64,000 nucleotides of DNA from an uncultured Candidatus Saccharibacteria bacterium (GCA_964429815.1 CAYSCM010000001.1:32001-96000); one strand, 5' to 3'. Shown: positions 36,332 through 46,243, counted from the first letter of the stretch. Notes: generated by a model from the sequence alone, not told the origin. Numbers and translations are program-made.

Positions 36332-37373
36332 GTTCGATAAGTATAGTCGAAATCGTTTTTACGATGGCTTTGGTGCTGAAGCGCTCTCCCGCCACACGCG
36401 AGAGGTACGCTCCGATCTGGGGGCGGTCGACCGACTCGACGAGCGCACGTATTCGCTCCGCGAGCGCTATGGGGTCGCGTTCGGGAAAGGTGAGACGCGA
36501 GGCGTACTGCCCAAAGTATCCGCTAAACGCGACATTGCTCACGATGGGAGGTGTTCCCGCGGCCATGGATTCGATGACGGCTTTATCGAGGCCGCCGGGC
36601 GGGGTCATATTGACGGAAACGCTCGCCCGACAGTACCACACGGGAAGTCCCTCGTTGGGAATGGAGCCTATAAAACGGACGGTCTTCCCTAGTCCGCGTT
36701 CTTCGACGAGCCTGAGAAGCTTTTTTTCATATGCGCGATCGCTTTCGTGGACCGGAGCTCCAATGAACGTGACGCTGAACCTCTCCTTCCAGTGACGCTT
36801 TAAGATCTCTGCCGCCTCGATGAGCGTATCGCAGTTCTTGATGGGCGTGATACGCCCGACGCTTATGACGGCACGCTCCTCACGCGCAGAGCTCTCGCAG
36901 GCAAAGCGCCCCACCTCGATGCCATGCCCGAGAATGTGAAGTTTCCGCGACGGCAACCGAAAGCTGTAGCGCGATGCGGTTAAGACCGCGTGGCTGAAAA
37001 GATGCGCTACGTAGAGCTTGAGGTTCACCTGCCGATGCGTATACCATAATCCGACCCGCTTTCCCATAAGGCGCCAGGGTATGCCGCCCAAGACGACATA
37101 CTCGGGATTCATGTGAACGAGTACGACGTCGTACGGACGACGGATGGAAAAAATATATTGATAGAAACGCCACAGGTACGTGAGCCTCCCGGCACCTTCC
37201 TCCTTCCCCAGCGAGCGCACATGGACGTTCTCGGGTAGTGTAGCTCCTCCGCGTTCAAGACAGATGACCTCGACGGCCGTAAAGTGCCGTGCGAATTCCT
37301 GCAACCACGATATGACGTACGCTAGAAGATCGTCGTCTTCGTCAATTTTCTGGGTAATAAAGAGGAGTCGCAT
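36318..37373 (-). CDS. glycosyltransferase family 4
   Basis: GT4-like. 14-nt overlap with asnB. Confidence 0.65.
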   Translation of the reverse strand: MRLLFITQKIDEDDDLLAYVISWLQEFARHFTAVEVICLERGGATLPENVHVRSLGKEEGAGRLTYLWRFYQYIFSIRRPYDVVLVHMNPEYVVLGGIPWRLMGKRVGLWYTHRQVNLKLYVAHLFSHAVLTASRYSFRLPSRKLHILGHGIEVGRFACESSAREERAVISVGRITPIKNCDTLIEAAEILKRHWKERFSVTFIGAPVHESDRAYEKKLLRLVEERGLGKTVRFIGSIPNEGLPVWYCRASVSVNMTPPGGLDKAVIESMAAGTPPIVSNVAFSGYFGQYASRLTFPERDPIALAERIRALVESVDRPQIGAYLSRVAGERFSTKAIVKTISTILIEHVRH

Positions 37374-37374
37374 G

Positions 37375-38478
37375 TCAGTTCGTGAGAAGGTCGATATAGC
37401 GCTTCAGGTATTCCTTCTTGGTTGCCGCAAAGCCGGTGAGGCCGAGAACGAAATCCCCTGCCGTCGCCCTGCCATCTTTAATGGTCTCTCGCAGTGCGTC
37501 AGCGAACTCATTTATTGAGCGGCCTGCGACGATGGCGGAGCGTGCGCCGAGATTGTAGAGCTCCCGGGCTACGCCTACATCGGTCGACACGAAAGGGCAC
37601 CCGAGTGCCGCGGCTTCGACAAGCGCGAGTCCGTAGCCGTCATAAGCGCTGGTGAAAAGGAGGGCATCCGCGCTTTTATAGAGGCCGCCGAGATTCTCTC
37701 TCCAGCCCATGAATACAACTCTGTCGGAAATACCGAGGTTTTTTGCCCGAAACTCCAAATGTGCCCGGTCACTTCCATCTCCGGCAATACAAAGCCCTAC
37801 CCCTTTCGGCTGCAAGGCTATAACATCAATGGCCAGAGCGATGCCTTTTTCTTTCTCAAGCCGAGCCGCAACAAGCACGTGCTTGCGAAATTGCGGGTAC
37901 ATTTTCTTGAGATCACTACCTTCTTCTTCCCAGAGTTTTTTGAGATCCGTAAATATCGGCAGTACGTGGACGGGAGCTTTCAGGCGGAGGGGCCGTAGCG
38001 AGTCGACTATGCGTTTGCTGACGACGCGTATTGAGTTGGTTTTGGGTAAAAGTATCGTGCCGATGAACACTCGCAGGCGATTGAGCATCGAGAGCGAAGC
38101 AAAATAGGGGCTCAAAAAATCAGTATGGATCTGCGCCTGGAAGCGTGCGCGATGATACCGAGCCAGCCGCCAACCGACGAGCCCCGTCTCGAAGGGGTCT
38201 TGCGTGCTCACGACCGAGACACCCTTGATTTTTTTGCCGATGCGGTAGGCGCCCAACAGGTACAAGAGTCTGTGGCATGCACTCGTCGGATACAGGAAGA
38301 GATTTTCCTCTGCCACAGCAGCAAACCCGTGTCTTTTTGTCGAAAACACGATGACGTGAAGCTCGCTTCCTTTGTGCCTATGTGTTTCGAGCGCGTGAGC
38401 ATACTCCCGCAGGCGCTGCCGCACGGCGGAGCGCTCGTCGAATGCCTTTCGGTCTGTTGATACCATGAGCACCTTCAT
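37375..38478 (-). CDS. glycosyltransferase family 4
   Basis: GT4-like. C-terminal EAAALGCPFVSTDVG. Confidence 0.65.
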   Translation of the reverse strand: MKVLMVSTDRKAFDERSAVRQRLREYAHALETHRHKGSELHVIVFSTKRHGFAAVAEENLFLYPTSACHRLLYLLGAYRIGKKIKGVSVVSTQDPFETGLVGWRLARYHRARFQAQIHTDFLSPYFASLSMLNRLRVFIGTILLPKTNSIRVVSKRIVDSLRPLRLKAPVHVLPIFTDLKKLWEEEGSDLKKMYPQFRKHVLVAARLEKEKGIALAIDVIALQPKGVGLCIAGDGSDRAHLEFRAKNLGISDRVVFMGWRENLGGLYKSADALLFTSAYDGYGLALVEAAALGCPFVSTDVGVARELYNLGARSAIVAGRSINEFADALRETIKDGRATAGDFVLGLTGFAATKKEYLKRYIDLLTN

Positions 38479-39587
38479 ACGTTTTTCTTCAAGAATTCCT
38501 CCACAGCCTCAACCATCTTCGCTTCAGAAAATTTGGCAAGCGAGCGCCTCCCTGCCGCGGAAAGTTTCCCCGCAAGTGAGCGCTCCCCGAGCACCCGGAG
38601 CATCGCGGTCTCCAGGGCTTTCCGATTGTTGTAGGGCACAAGAAGTCCGTTTTTGCCATCCTCGATGACTTCCGGGTTACCACCAACTTTGGTCGTCACG
38701 ATCGGAGTGCCGACGGCAAGGACTTCGAGAAGTTGGTGCGAGAGCCCTTCGTAGCCGGTATTGAGAACAAAAAGGTCCGCCGCTTTGATGTAGCGCAGGA
38801 GAACGTCGCGCTCGAGATTTCCTGCCAGAACGACATTCTCCTCGAGGCCTTTCGTTTCAATGAGCGTCTCAAGAGCTCCTCGCTGTGGCCCGTCCCCGGC
38901 AATCATGAGCTTCACGTTGGGGAATTTTTTACGTAGCGTCGGCACGGCCGAGATGAGGGTCTCAAAACCCTTCCAGGGTACGAGGCGCCCTGCGGACATG
39001 ACAAAAACCCCGTCGAACTGGAGTATCCCGCGCAGTACGTCGCGCCTCCCGGAGACCGCAATATCTTCAACGGCGCTTAAAATGACCTCGATTTTTTTTG
39101 CTTCGATCCCCCACTTCCCTATGACTTTCTTGAAATAGGCGCTCGGCACGATGATGCGCCGCGCCTTGCGGGCGACGTAGCGCTCGACGAAGACGAAGAG
39201 ACGGACAAGCGGGTGCGTTTGTCCCTGCTTTACGAAATCGTCGAGAAGTTCGGTGACACCGAATCGGTTCATGCCCTGCTCCCACGCGAAATCCCCCGCG
39301 ACGCGTAAGAGGAAGGTCTTTTTTCGAAACGAGGCGACGAGTGCAGCCGGGAACCCCACGGAAACGGGGTCGAGGGCGAGAATGGCGTCACAGCTCTCCG
39401 AGAGCTTCCACAGGAGGGCTAGGTACACGAGGTGGCGTACTCCGGGCGGAAACTTCCGGACCTTCCCAAAGTAGGCGACGGAAATTTCGATGCCGCGGCC
39501 GGGGAGGTGTGTGATGAGGCTTTTGGCAAAAGTAGCCGGCCCGCCGACATCAGGGGGGAGAAGCGGGGTCGCTAGCAAGAGCCGCAT
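38475..39587 (-). CDS. glycosyltransferase family 4
   Basis: ATG 39587 gives MRLLLATPLLPPDVGG, a typical GT4 N-terminus. C-terminal EVLAVGTPIVTT. Alternative ATG at 39611. Confidence 0.65.
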   Translation of the reverse strand: MRLLLATPLLPPDVGGPATFAKSLITHLPGRGIEISVAYFGKVRKFPPGVRHLVYLALLWKLSESCDAILALDPVSVGFPAALVASFRKKTFLLRVAGDFAWEQGMNRFGVTELLDDFVKQGQTHPLVRLFVFVERYVARKARRIIVPSAYFKKVIGKWGIEAKKIEVILSAVEDIAVSGRRDVLRGILQFDGVFVMSAGRLVPWKGFETLISAVPTLRKKFPNVKLMIAGDGPQRGALETLIETKGLEENVVLAGNLERDVLLRYIKAADLFVLNTGYEGLSHQLLEVLAVGTPIVTTKVGGNPEVIEDGKNGLLVPYNNRKALETAMLRVLGERSLAGKLSAAGRRSLAKFSEAKMVEAVEEFLKKNV

Positions 39588-39620
39588 AGGAGTAGTATAA
39601 CGGCAAACCATGGCTCTCGG

Positions 39621-40829
39621 TCAGCGCGAAAGGAGCGGCATAAATACCCTTTCGCGCATACCGGCAGCGACGAGGCTCCAGTCATATTTTTCAAACACGA
39701 GCTTGCGAGCATACTTGACGACTCCCGAGACCTTCTCGGGACCGGCAAGAATATCTTCGACCGCCGCGACGATATCGCTCGGAGAGTCTTTATCGACGGC
39801 CCACCCGGTGGTCGGTTTGTCGGGGTTTCGTTTCGCATCAAACAGGAAGTCCGCAATGCCCCCTTCCTGGGTCCCAATGACGGGAATTCCTGCTGCCATA
39901 GCTTCGATGAATGAATTTCCCATGCCCTCCGAGCGGCTCGGGCGGATGAAAATATCGCACGCTTTGAGATACTTCGGCATCTCGTCATGAGAGAGCTGGC
40001 CGAGGAATTTCACCCGCCTCTCGACCCCAAGCTCCCGCGCAAGGGCCTTTAGTTTTATCTCGTCGGGCCCGACGCCAAAGACGACGAAATGGACACTCTG
40101 TGGAAGGCCGCGCTGTGCGCGTATGACGTCGTCGACAGCGTTTTTGTGGACAAGCCGGGAAGTCGTCACCAGAAAAACATCGCCCTCTTTCTTGCCGAGG
40201 AGCGTCTTCACCGTTTCCATCTCCTCGGGCGGATAGGAGGCCGAGAAACGTTTGGTATCAACGGCGTTCGGGATGATTTCAAGGCGCCCCTTGAAACCTC
40301 GTCGGCGCGCCCAGGAGCCTAAGAACGTGGAGATCGCTTGGATAGTGTCGGCCGTCGTGAAGGCGCGAGAAAAAAGTGGCCATACCGGGCGAGCCAGGCG
40401 TTCGATATGCTCCGGTGGATCACCTTCTTGGAGGGTGAGAATAAACGGGACCTTGGGGTGGAACCACTTGAAAAGCGCCGCGGGGATGCCACATGAGTGC
40501 GCCATCATTGCCCAGATAGCATCGAAGTGATACCTCCGGTGAAGCGAGAGGGCCTTCCAGGCCGCAAGAAACTGAAAGAGATGCTTATTGTAGTGGAGGG
40601 GAAATCGCTTAAGGTCTGCCATCGTGGGGTTCGGACGCGCAGGCCCAATGCGATGGACATACACATTTCCTATTTTTTCTTCCTTGGGAAGGGAGGAGTC
40701 GAATCTCAGGCACACCATGTGAAGTTCAATTTCAGATGTAGCAATGCGATCAGTAATTTCTTTGATAGCCACCTCTGCCCCGCCCACGTGCGGGTAATAG
40801 GTCAGGGAAAAAATGAGTATTCGTTTCAT
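39621..40829 (-). CDS. glycosyltransferase family 4
   Basis: ATG 40829 gives MKRILIFSLTYYPHVGGAE. ATGA overlap with the upstream epimerase. C-terminal EAMAAGIPVIGT. Confidence 0.65.
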   Translation of the reverse strand: MKRILIFSLTYYPHVGGAEVAIKEITDRIATSEIELHMVCLRFDSSLPKEEKIGNVYVHRIGPARPNPTMADLKRFPLHYNKHLFQFLAAWKALSLHRRYHFDAIWAMMAHSCGIPAALFKWFHPKVPFILTLQEGDPPEHIERLARPVWPLFSRAFTTADTIQAISTFLGSWARRRGFKGRLEIIPNAVDTKRFSASYPPEEMETVKTLLGKKEGDVFLVTTSRLVHKNAVDDVIRAQRGLPQSVHFVVFGVGPDEIKLKALARELGVERRVKFLGQLSHDEMPKYLKACDIFIRPSRSEGMGNSFIEAMAAGIPVIGTQEGGIADFLFDAKRNPDKPTTGWAVDKDSPSDIVAAVEDILAGPEKVSGVVKYARKLVFEKYDWSLVAAGMRERVFMPLLSR

Positions 40830-41689
40830 GTGCGCCGCGCTTCCTTGATGTATTCCTCGACGGACTTGGTTATCTTCCACCCGATGGATTCCGACCTACT
40901 GGTATCGATCGCGGAGCTCATACGATTCCCTGCACGCTCGGGAAGCATTTTAATTTCAGTGCCAAACAGTTTCGCAATGTCGAGGATGGAATATTCACGC
41001 ACATCCCCCAAACCATAGTCATCGCCCTCCCCCCTTTCCCCAACAATCACAAGTCCCTCGACAATGTCGTGCACGTGGGTAAAGTTGCGTTTTTGGGTGC
41101 CGGGAGACACGACCGTAAGGGGTTCCCCCGCAAGATATTTTTGTCGGAAGATTTCTATGACCGTACCGTACGCCCCCGCACGTTCACGCGGCCCATACAC
41201 GTTGTAAAAATAGGTGATCGCGTACGGGACGCCAAACCACACGCCGTAGTTATGAACCAGGTCCGTATTGCTTGCCTTACACCACGCATAGGGGCTCTGG
41301 TGCCTCCCAAGCCCATCATCAGCAAATTTTGTGGACGATCCGGCGTAGACGAGTTTTGATCCACGGTTTCGACAGAACTCCACCACCCCAAATGTTCCAA
41401 GTACATTGAGGTCCCATACCAGTGAAGGCTCGTCAAAGCTCTTTTCGACACGGGAATACTCCCCGAGGTGATATACAACATCAGGTTTCTCCGGTATGTG
41501 CGTGTCGATATCTTTGGTATGCCCCTCGCGATAGGTGACTCCAGGGACGTGATTTTCCCTCGAGCCGGTGAAATAGTTATCGAGGGATATGACCTTATGC
41601 CCATCTTTCGCGAGACGTTCACATAAGTGTGAGCCTATGAAACCGGCTCCGCCGGTCACTAGGATGAGTTTTTGTATAGCCAAAGCCAT
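40826..41689 (-). CDS. NAD-dependent NDP-sugar epimerase/dehydratase (UDP-xylose-synthase-like size)
   Basis: ILVTGGAGFIGSHL Rossmann motif and YAWCK catalytic motif. Confidence 0.6.
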   Translation of the reverse strand: MALAIQKLILVTGGAGFIGSHLCERLAKDGHKVISLDNYFTGSRENHVPGVTYREGHTKDIDTHIPEKPDVVYHLGEYSRVEKSFDEPSLVWDLNVLGTFGVVEFCRNRGSKLVYAGSSTKFADDGLGRHQSPYAWCKASNTDLVHNYGVWFGVPYAITYFYNVYGPRERAGAYGTVIEIFRQKYLAGEPLTVVSPGTQKRNFTHVHDIVEGLVIVGERGEGDDYGLGDVREYSILDIAKLFGTEIKMLPERAGNRMSSAIDTSRSESIGWKITKSVEEYIKEARRT

Positions 41690-41718
41690 GGAAGTTAAGC
41701 CTACGGTAGCGATTCTCT

Positions 41719-42498
41719 TTATTCAATGATCTCGTACTCGGCCGCTTCGGCTGACACTGAAATGCTCGAGTCGTGTTTTCGGCGCGCAAGGTATACAGCG
41801 CCTGCGCCGAGCGCTAGCACGGTGCCGAGCGCGAGCCACCACAGGTACGGGGAGTGTTGTTCCTCCCCAGTAGCCACGAACCCCGGCTTCGGGGTCAGTG
41901 CGCTCTCTACAACGCCCGGGGGTGGCTCGAGGTTGGCGGGCTTTCGCGACGCTTTTTGTGTAATCACATTTGGGGAAGAAGGAGCGGTTTTTGCTGTCGG
42001 GATATCGGCTTGCGCGAGTGCCCGACCTGGAGAAGGTTTCGCGGCGATGAAGCCTCCGAGGGTGCGTGAGAGCGAAAGTCCGTCCCCTGCCGCGCCAAGC
42101 GCGTGTGTGTACGTGACCGAATCGAGCGTCGAGCTTCCGCTCAAAAGCGCGATTGTTTCGCCGGTATTCGAGAGCGAAAACGAGCTATCAAAAAGCGCCC
42201 CGGTGTAAGATGGGTTGTCGGCCAAAAATTTCGCCGGATCGGCGGCGATGACCGCATACACCCCCGAAGCCAGAACAGACGTACCGGACGCTTTGAGAGT
42301 GTGTCTGACTCCACCCTCGAGCAGCCTGAGGGTCGTAAGGTCGACGGGTCCGCCTCCCCCGTTGTATACCTCGATCCACTCGCGGCCATCATCGGCACCA
42401 GGGAGGTCATAGAGCACCTCGCTGATAGAGACCTGCGCGAAAAGCGGTAGTGGAGCGACGAGGAGCCCGATAAGCGCGCTAGTTCGAGTCATCAGCAA
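41719..42498 (-). CDS. secreted lamin-tail-domain (LTD) protein with signal peptide and C-terminal membrane anchor
   Basis: N-terminal signal-like segment. ISEVLYDLPGADDGREWIEVYN LTD core. S/T/P-rich linker and a C-terminal hydrophobic helix. Confidence 0.5.
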   Translation of the reverse strand: MLMTRTSALIGLLVAPLPLFAQVSISEVLYDLPGADDGREWIEVYNGGGGPVDLTTLRLLEGGVRHTLKASGTSVLASGVYAVIAADPAKFLADNPSYTGALFDSSFSLSNTGETIALLSGSSTLDSVTYTHALGAAGDGLSLSRTLGGFIAAKPSPGRALAQADIPTAKTAPSSPNVITQKASRKPANLEPPPGVVESALTPKPGFVATGEEQHSPYLWWLALGTVLALGAGAVYLARRKHDSSISVSAEAAEYEIIE

Positions 42499-44260
42499 GC
42501 ATTTTTCGAAGCTCTTCGGGTGAGGGTTCGCCCGTATGCTGTTGTGTCGGAGTCGCTTCGTTGGTCAATTCTTTCGATGATTCCCCCTTTCGTTCCTCCT
42601 GGGCTCGAGCGCGCTCAGCCATAGCCTTTGCGAGTGCATCGCGCAGTGCATTGTTTTGTTTCGGAGTCTCCGGCTGCGCCTGCTCCCTTTTATCTTTCTT
42701 TTCGAGCTCTTTCCCGGCCACCTGGCGTAGCGTCTCGCGAAGTTTCGCAAGATGGTCTCCTGTCGACTGCTGCGGGCGAGAAGATATCTGTGAAGGAACT
42801 CCCGTGGAAGGAGGAGGTGCTCTTCTCTCCTCACGGCGGGTATCAGCTCCGCGCTCAGGGCGCGCTTCAGCATTACGATGTTCGCGGGGACGAGATCCCC
42901 CGTTGCGGTCTCGGGAGGAAACGCCCGCTCCGGCAGGAGCCGTCGATGGTCGCAGGGGTTCCACCGGTTCATGCCACTTGGCAATATCCCGCTCGACATC
43001 AGCACGTGGGCGAGCAAATTGCTGGCGCGACATCGCAAGGATTTCTTGCTTAAAGGAGCGCGTGGGTGCCTCAATTGGCGGAAGAGTTACGGCAGAAAAG
43101 GGCGGCGAGCCGACGCCGTCGATCATGAGTGAGAGGTATATCTGGCGAAGACCAAGGTTGACGATATCCTCTGCAGTAAATTTTGGCGCAAAAACTTTCT
43201 CCAGGAGCTCCGCATCGAGTGGACCCACTCGAAAGGCGATAGTGGTGCCAACGTTGCCAAACACCGCATCGCGCACCTCCTCTTCCATTTGTTCCACATA
43301 TTGATGTGCGATGGTGAGGGAGAGCCTATATTTGCGGGCCTCGGCAAGAATATCCGCAAAGGATGCATTCGCAAACGACTGAAACTCGTCTACGTAAAAA
43401 TAGAGACTGGGGAGTTTGGCCTGTGTTGCGGCGGAAGTATCTGCGCGGCTCATGGCGGCCAAATAGATGCGCGTGGTGAGCATAGAACCAAGAAGTGCTG
43501 TGTTTGTCTCCCCCACTAAGCCCTTGGAGAGATTCATGATGATGATTTTTTTCTCATCCATCAATTTACGCAAGTCAAAAGAAGATTTGGACTGTCCGAT
43601 GATGTTGCGAATAAGGGGGTTGGAGCTGTACTGCCCCACCTTGTTCTGAATTGCAGGGGTTGCTTCTGCTGCGAAGCGCTCAGTGTACTTGGCAAATTCA
43701 TTGACCCAAAACGCTTTCACTGATGGGTCGGAAATGTTAGCGACAACTCGATCTCGATAGGGTTTATCCGAGAGCATGCGGTTCACCGCAAGGAGCGTTG
43801 TGTCTGGATATTCCAAAAGTGCCAAGAGTGTATTGGTAAGGATGTATTCCATGCGGGCGCTCCAGGTGTCTGGGCCCCACACTTTTTTAAAGGCACTCAT
43901 AAGTCCCGAGGCGACGAAGTGTCTTCGCGCTGGACCCACATCTTCCATCACGTTGAAGGCCACCGGGTAGTCGGTATCAAACGGCGCGAAATAGAGCACG
44001 TCTTTCACACGCTCGGCCGGAATATAGTCGAGAAGTTTTTCAGCCGTGCCACCGTGCGGATCGATAAAGGCAAGTCCCTCACCATTCATAATGTCCTGGA
44101 TGGCCATGTTCTCGAGAAGAGTCGACTTACCCATGCCCGTTTTACCGATGACATAGACGTGCCGTGAGCGGTCTTTGGCTTTGATGCCAAAGGGGGTGCG
44201 CTTGCCGCGTGAGTCGGTAACAGCAAAATACGTTATCCTCTCGTCGGGATTCATCTTCAT
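42479..44260 (-). CDS. VirD4/TraG/TraD-like type IV coupling-protein-type ATPase (orphan) with a long charged low-complexity C-terminal tail
   Basis: Walker A VYVIGKTGMGKSTLLENM. HerA/TraG-like central domain. Disordered R/E/K/P-rich C-terminal 200 aa. Start moved to ATG 44260 because a minus-strand terminator occupies 44291..44320. Confidence 0.6.
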   Translation of the reverse strand: MKMNPDERITYFAVTDSRGKRTPFGIKAKDRSRHVYVIGKTGMGKSTLLENMAIQDIMNGEGLAFIDPHGGTAEKLLDYIPAERVKDVLYFAPFDTDYPVAFNVMEDVGPARRHFVASGLMSAFKKVWGPDTWSARMEYILTNTLLALLEYPDTTLLAVNRMLSDKPYRDRVVANISDPSVKAFWVNEFAKYTERFAAEATPAIQNKVGQYSSNPLIRNIIGQSKSSFDLRKLMDEKKIIIMNLSKGLVGETNTALLGSMLTTRIYLAAMSRADTSAATQAKLPSLYFYVDEFQSFANASFADILAEARKYRLSLTIAHQYVEQMEEEVRDAVFGNVGTTIAFRVGPLDAELLEKVFAPKFTAEDIVNLGLRQIYLSLMIDGVGSPPFSAVTLPPIEAPTRSFKQEILAMSRQQFARPRADVERDIAKWHEPVEPLRPSTAPAGAGVSSRDRNGGSRPREHRNAEARPERGADTRREERRAPPPSTGVPSQISSRPQQSTGDHLAKLRETLRQVAGKELEKKDKREQAQPETPKQNNALRDALAKAMAERARAQEERKGESSKELTNEATPTQQHTGEPSPEELRKMLADDSN

Positions 44261-44290
44261 GAGTATAGCAATTTTGCCGCCATCGCGATG

Positions 44291-44320
44291 CAAAAAGCCC
44301 CGCACTCTTTTGCGGGGCTT
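44291..44320 (-). terminator. rho-independent terminator (minus strand)
   Basis: AGCCCCGCA / TGCGGGGCT stem with a T-run on the minus strand. Confidence 0.6.
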
Positions 44321-44338
44321 CCAGGTGTACGGCTTCGA

Positions 44339-44554
44339 TCAATGAACGCTGACCGGCTCGAGATCGTGGCTTTTCACGGCCTGGAACGCTGTGTCACGGT
44401 CGCTGATGATCGCGAGTTGGGTCCCGTCTGCCGCGTGGACGGAGAATGCGCGCTCACCATTTTCAACGACCGGCTTGATGTAGGCCACCCTATTTAGCAT
44501 CCACACCTGCCACTCAGCCTGCGTCAGGGGCCTGTAGATGGTGTCGGTTTTCAT
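44339..44554 (-). CDS. small hypothetical protein (71 aa)
   Basis: GAGGTG 6 nt upstream of the ATG. Followed by the terminator at 44291..44320. Confidence 0.45.
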   Translation of the reverse strand: MKTDTIYRPLTQAEWQVWMLNRVAYIKPVVENGERAFSVHAADGTQLAIISDRDTAFQAVKSHDLEPVSVH

Positions 44555-44600
44555 GGCACACCTCGTCGTCGCTACCTTCAGTAGACCAGATATCCGATTT

Positions 44601-44612
44601 CACGCAATTGCG
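44601..44612. promoter_or_regulatory. perfect 12-bp palindrome ACGCAATTGCGT (possible operator)
   Basis: Lies in the 65-nt spacer between the hydrolase gene end and the small gene start. Confidence 0.25.
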
Positions 44613-44619
44613 TTACGCA

Positions 44620-45975
44620 CTACTGTGCCGCTGTCGTCGAAGCCGCTGGTTCACGCGCCAACACCGTGCGCAAGCTCGTGTACTTGTTCGCGGCATCCCA
44701 GATGAGGTACGAGTTCAGGCCGGAGTCGAGGTTTGCTTGTATCTGCTCCTTCACCATGTCAGGCGTGTAGGTGACGGGGTAGTCAAACGATTGGAGCCAG
44801 GGGCGAATGATGGAAGCGGGATAGGCCGGCTTTGAGTACAGACCGCTCGCCAATTCCCTGGTCGTCGTGGGAGTCGTCGTCCCCGCCACTTCCACGGTTT
44901 TCATGATGGGCGTGTAGGCCATCGAAAAGAGCTCGGTGGTGGTCGCCATCGCCCGTGCGACTGCCGAGTCGAGAGAGACTCTAACCACCTTGTACGGGTC
45001 CGAGTTGACGTTTTTAAGTCCAACAAAGCCGCTGTTGTAGTGGGAAGGGTAGACCATTGGGTCTATGAAGTCGAAGTAGGGCATCGCGCGCTCGAGAACC
45101 TGTCCGATACCGAGGTCGTCGACGTGGACCGTCACATAGCCGAAGAGATCGGCGGACATAACGGCGCCGATCTGCTTTACGTGAGCGTGCAAATATTGGA
45201 AAAACTCCTCGAGCGCCTGCGCCTTGGTCTTCCCCTCGTCGAGCATATAAACCGCATCCGCCATAGGACCATCCGAGGGGAAGCGAATGTAATCGAAGTT
45301 AAGCTCGTCGAAGCCCATCTCCTCGTACGAGACTTTGCTCAGTTCGACGATGTAGTCCCAAAACGGTTTCGCGCCGACGTCGACAAACGAGAGTCCTCCA
45401 TAGTTTTTCCAAATCCCTCCCTTTTTGCTTTGCACCGCGAGATCGGGATGCTCCTTCGTGTAGGTGGGGTCTTGGAAGACAGTAATGCGGCCGATGACGT
45501 AAATGCCCTTGTCGTGCAGGTTTTTAACGAACGACTTCATGTCGGCCGCACCGCACGCTTTCGAGACATTATCCCGGAGGAGTGAGCTATCGGTCGGAAA
45601 GGCGATGCCGCCGGAGTAGTCCTTTATGTCAATGACGATTGCGTTGAGTTCGGTCCTGTCGATGAGCCCCAGAAGGTCTTTGCGGAACGAGGGCGTACCC
45701 GCCGCGCACTGGCTCATGTAGATGGCCTTCACGGGGTCCGGGGTCGGCACATGGGTGATCGAGGGGTGTTGCACGATGGTGGTCGTGGCCGCCGAGGTCG
45801 AGCTGGCGAGCGTGGCATTGTGATAAGACGTTTCAATAGCGGCCGGAATGCCGAAAAAGGCCGCCGCGGCCACGCCGGAGAGAAGAAGCCCAAGATAGGC
45901 TCCCCGGATAAGCCCCAAGGGCTGTTTTTTAGGAGCGCGCATCGACGCCAGGGCGTTCACGCATCGCGCTGTCAC
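44620..45975 (-). CDS. putative glycoside hydrolase-like TIM-barrel protein with N-terminal membrane anchor (DUF4015-like)
   Basis: N-terminal TM helix. Ser/Thr-rich linker, then a domain with acidic motifs (DFIDPMVYPSHY, GFDELNFDYIRFP). GTG 45975 is preceded by AGGAGG. Confidence 0.45.
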   Translation of the reverse strand: MTARCVNALASMRAPKKQPLGLIRGAYLGLLLSGVAAAAFFGIPAAIETSYHNATLASSTSAATTTIVQHPSITHVPTPDPVKAIYMSQCAAGTPSFRKDLLGLIDRTELNAIVIDIKDYSGGIAFPTDSSLLRDNVSKACGAADMKSFVKNLHDKGIYVIGRITVFQDPTYTKEHPDLAVQSKKGGIWKNYGGLSFVDVGAKPFWDYIVELSKVSYEEMGFDELNFDYIRFPSDGPMADAVYMLDEGKTKAQALEEFFQYLHAHVKQIGAVMSADLFGYVTVHVDDLGIGQVLERAMPYFDFIDPMVYPSHYNSGFVGLKNVNSDPYKVVRVSLDSAVARAMATTTELFSMAYTPIMKTVEVAGTTTPTTTRELASGLYSKPAYPASIIRPWLQSFDYPVTYTPDMVKEQIQANLDSGLNSYLIWDAANKYTSLRTVLAREPAASTTAAQ

Positions 45976-46129
45976 GACTGCGTCCCTCCTGCCGCAAGGC
46001 GAACGCGAGGGCGGCTACCAGTAATCCGAAGAGCACGTAGAGCGGGGTCTTCCAGGGGGTCGGAACGCCCACGAACGGCAAGAGAGCGACGAGGAGAGCG
46101 AACAGAATGATGGTGGCATGTTTGGACAT
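45929..46129 (-). CDS. small two-helix membrane protein (hypothetical)
   Basis: Hydrophobic 66 aa from ATG 46129. TATACT hexamer 7 nt upstream of the ATG. Confidence 0.3.
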   Translation of the reverse strand: MSKHATIILFALLVALLPFVGVPTPWKTPLYVLFGLLVAALAFALRQEGRSRDSAMRERPGVDARS

Positions 46130-46243
46130 GCGCACAGTATACCCTATAAGCACTGACCTAAGCGGGAACGAAGGTTCATTCCTGCATTTCACCCAAACCA
46201 GAGGGTCTTGAAGGGTCTGGAGGGGTTAGTGCTTGGGTATACC

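Noticed and set aside
42479-44305. Track start GTG 44305 for the VirD4-like gene
   Set aside because: It falls inside a minus-strand terminator hairpin (44291..44320). A downstream ATG at 44260 was preferred.
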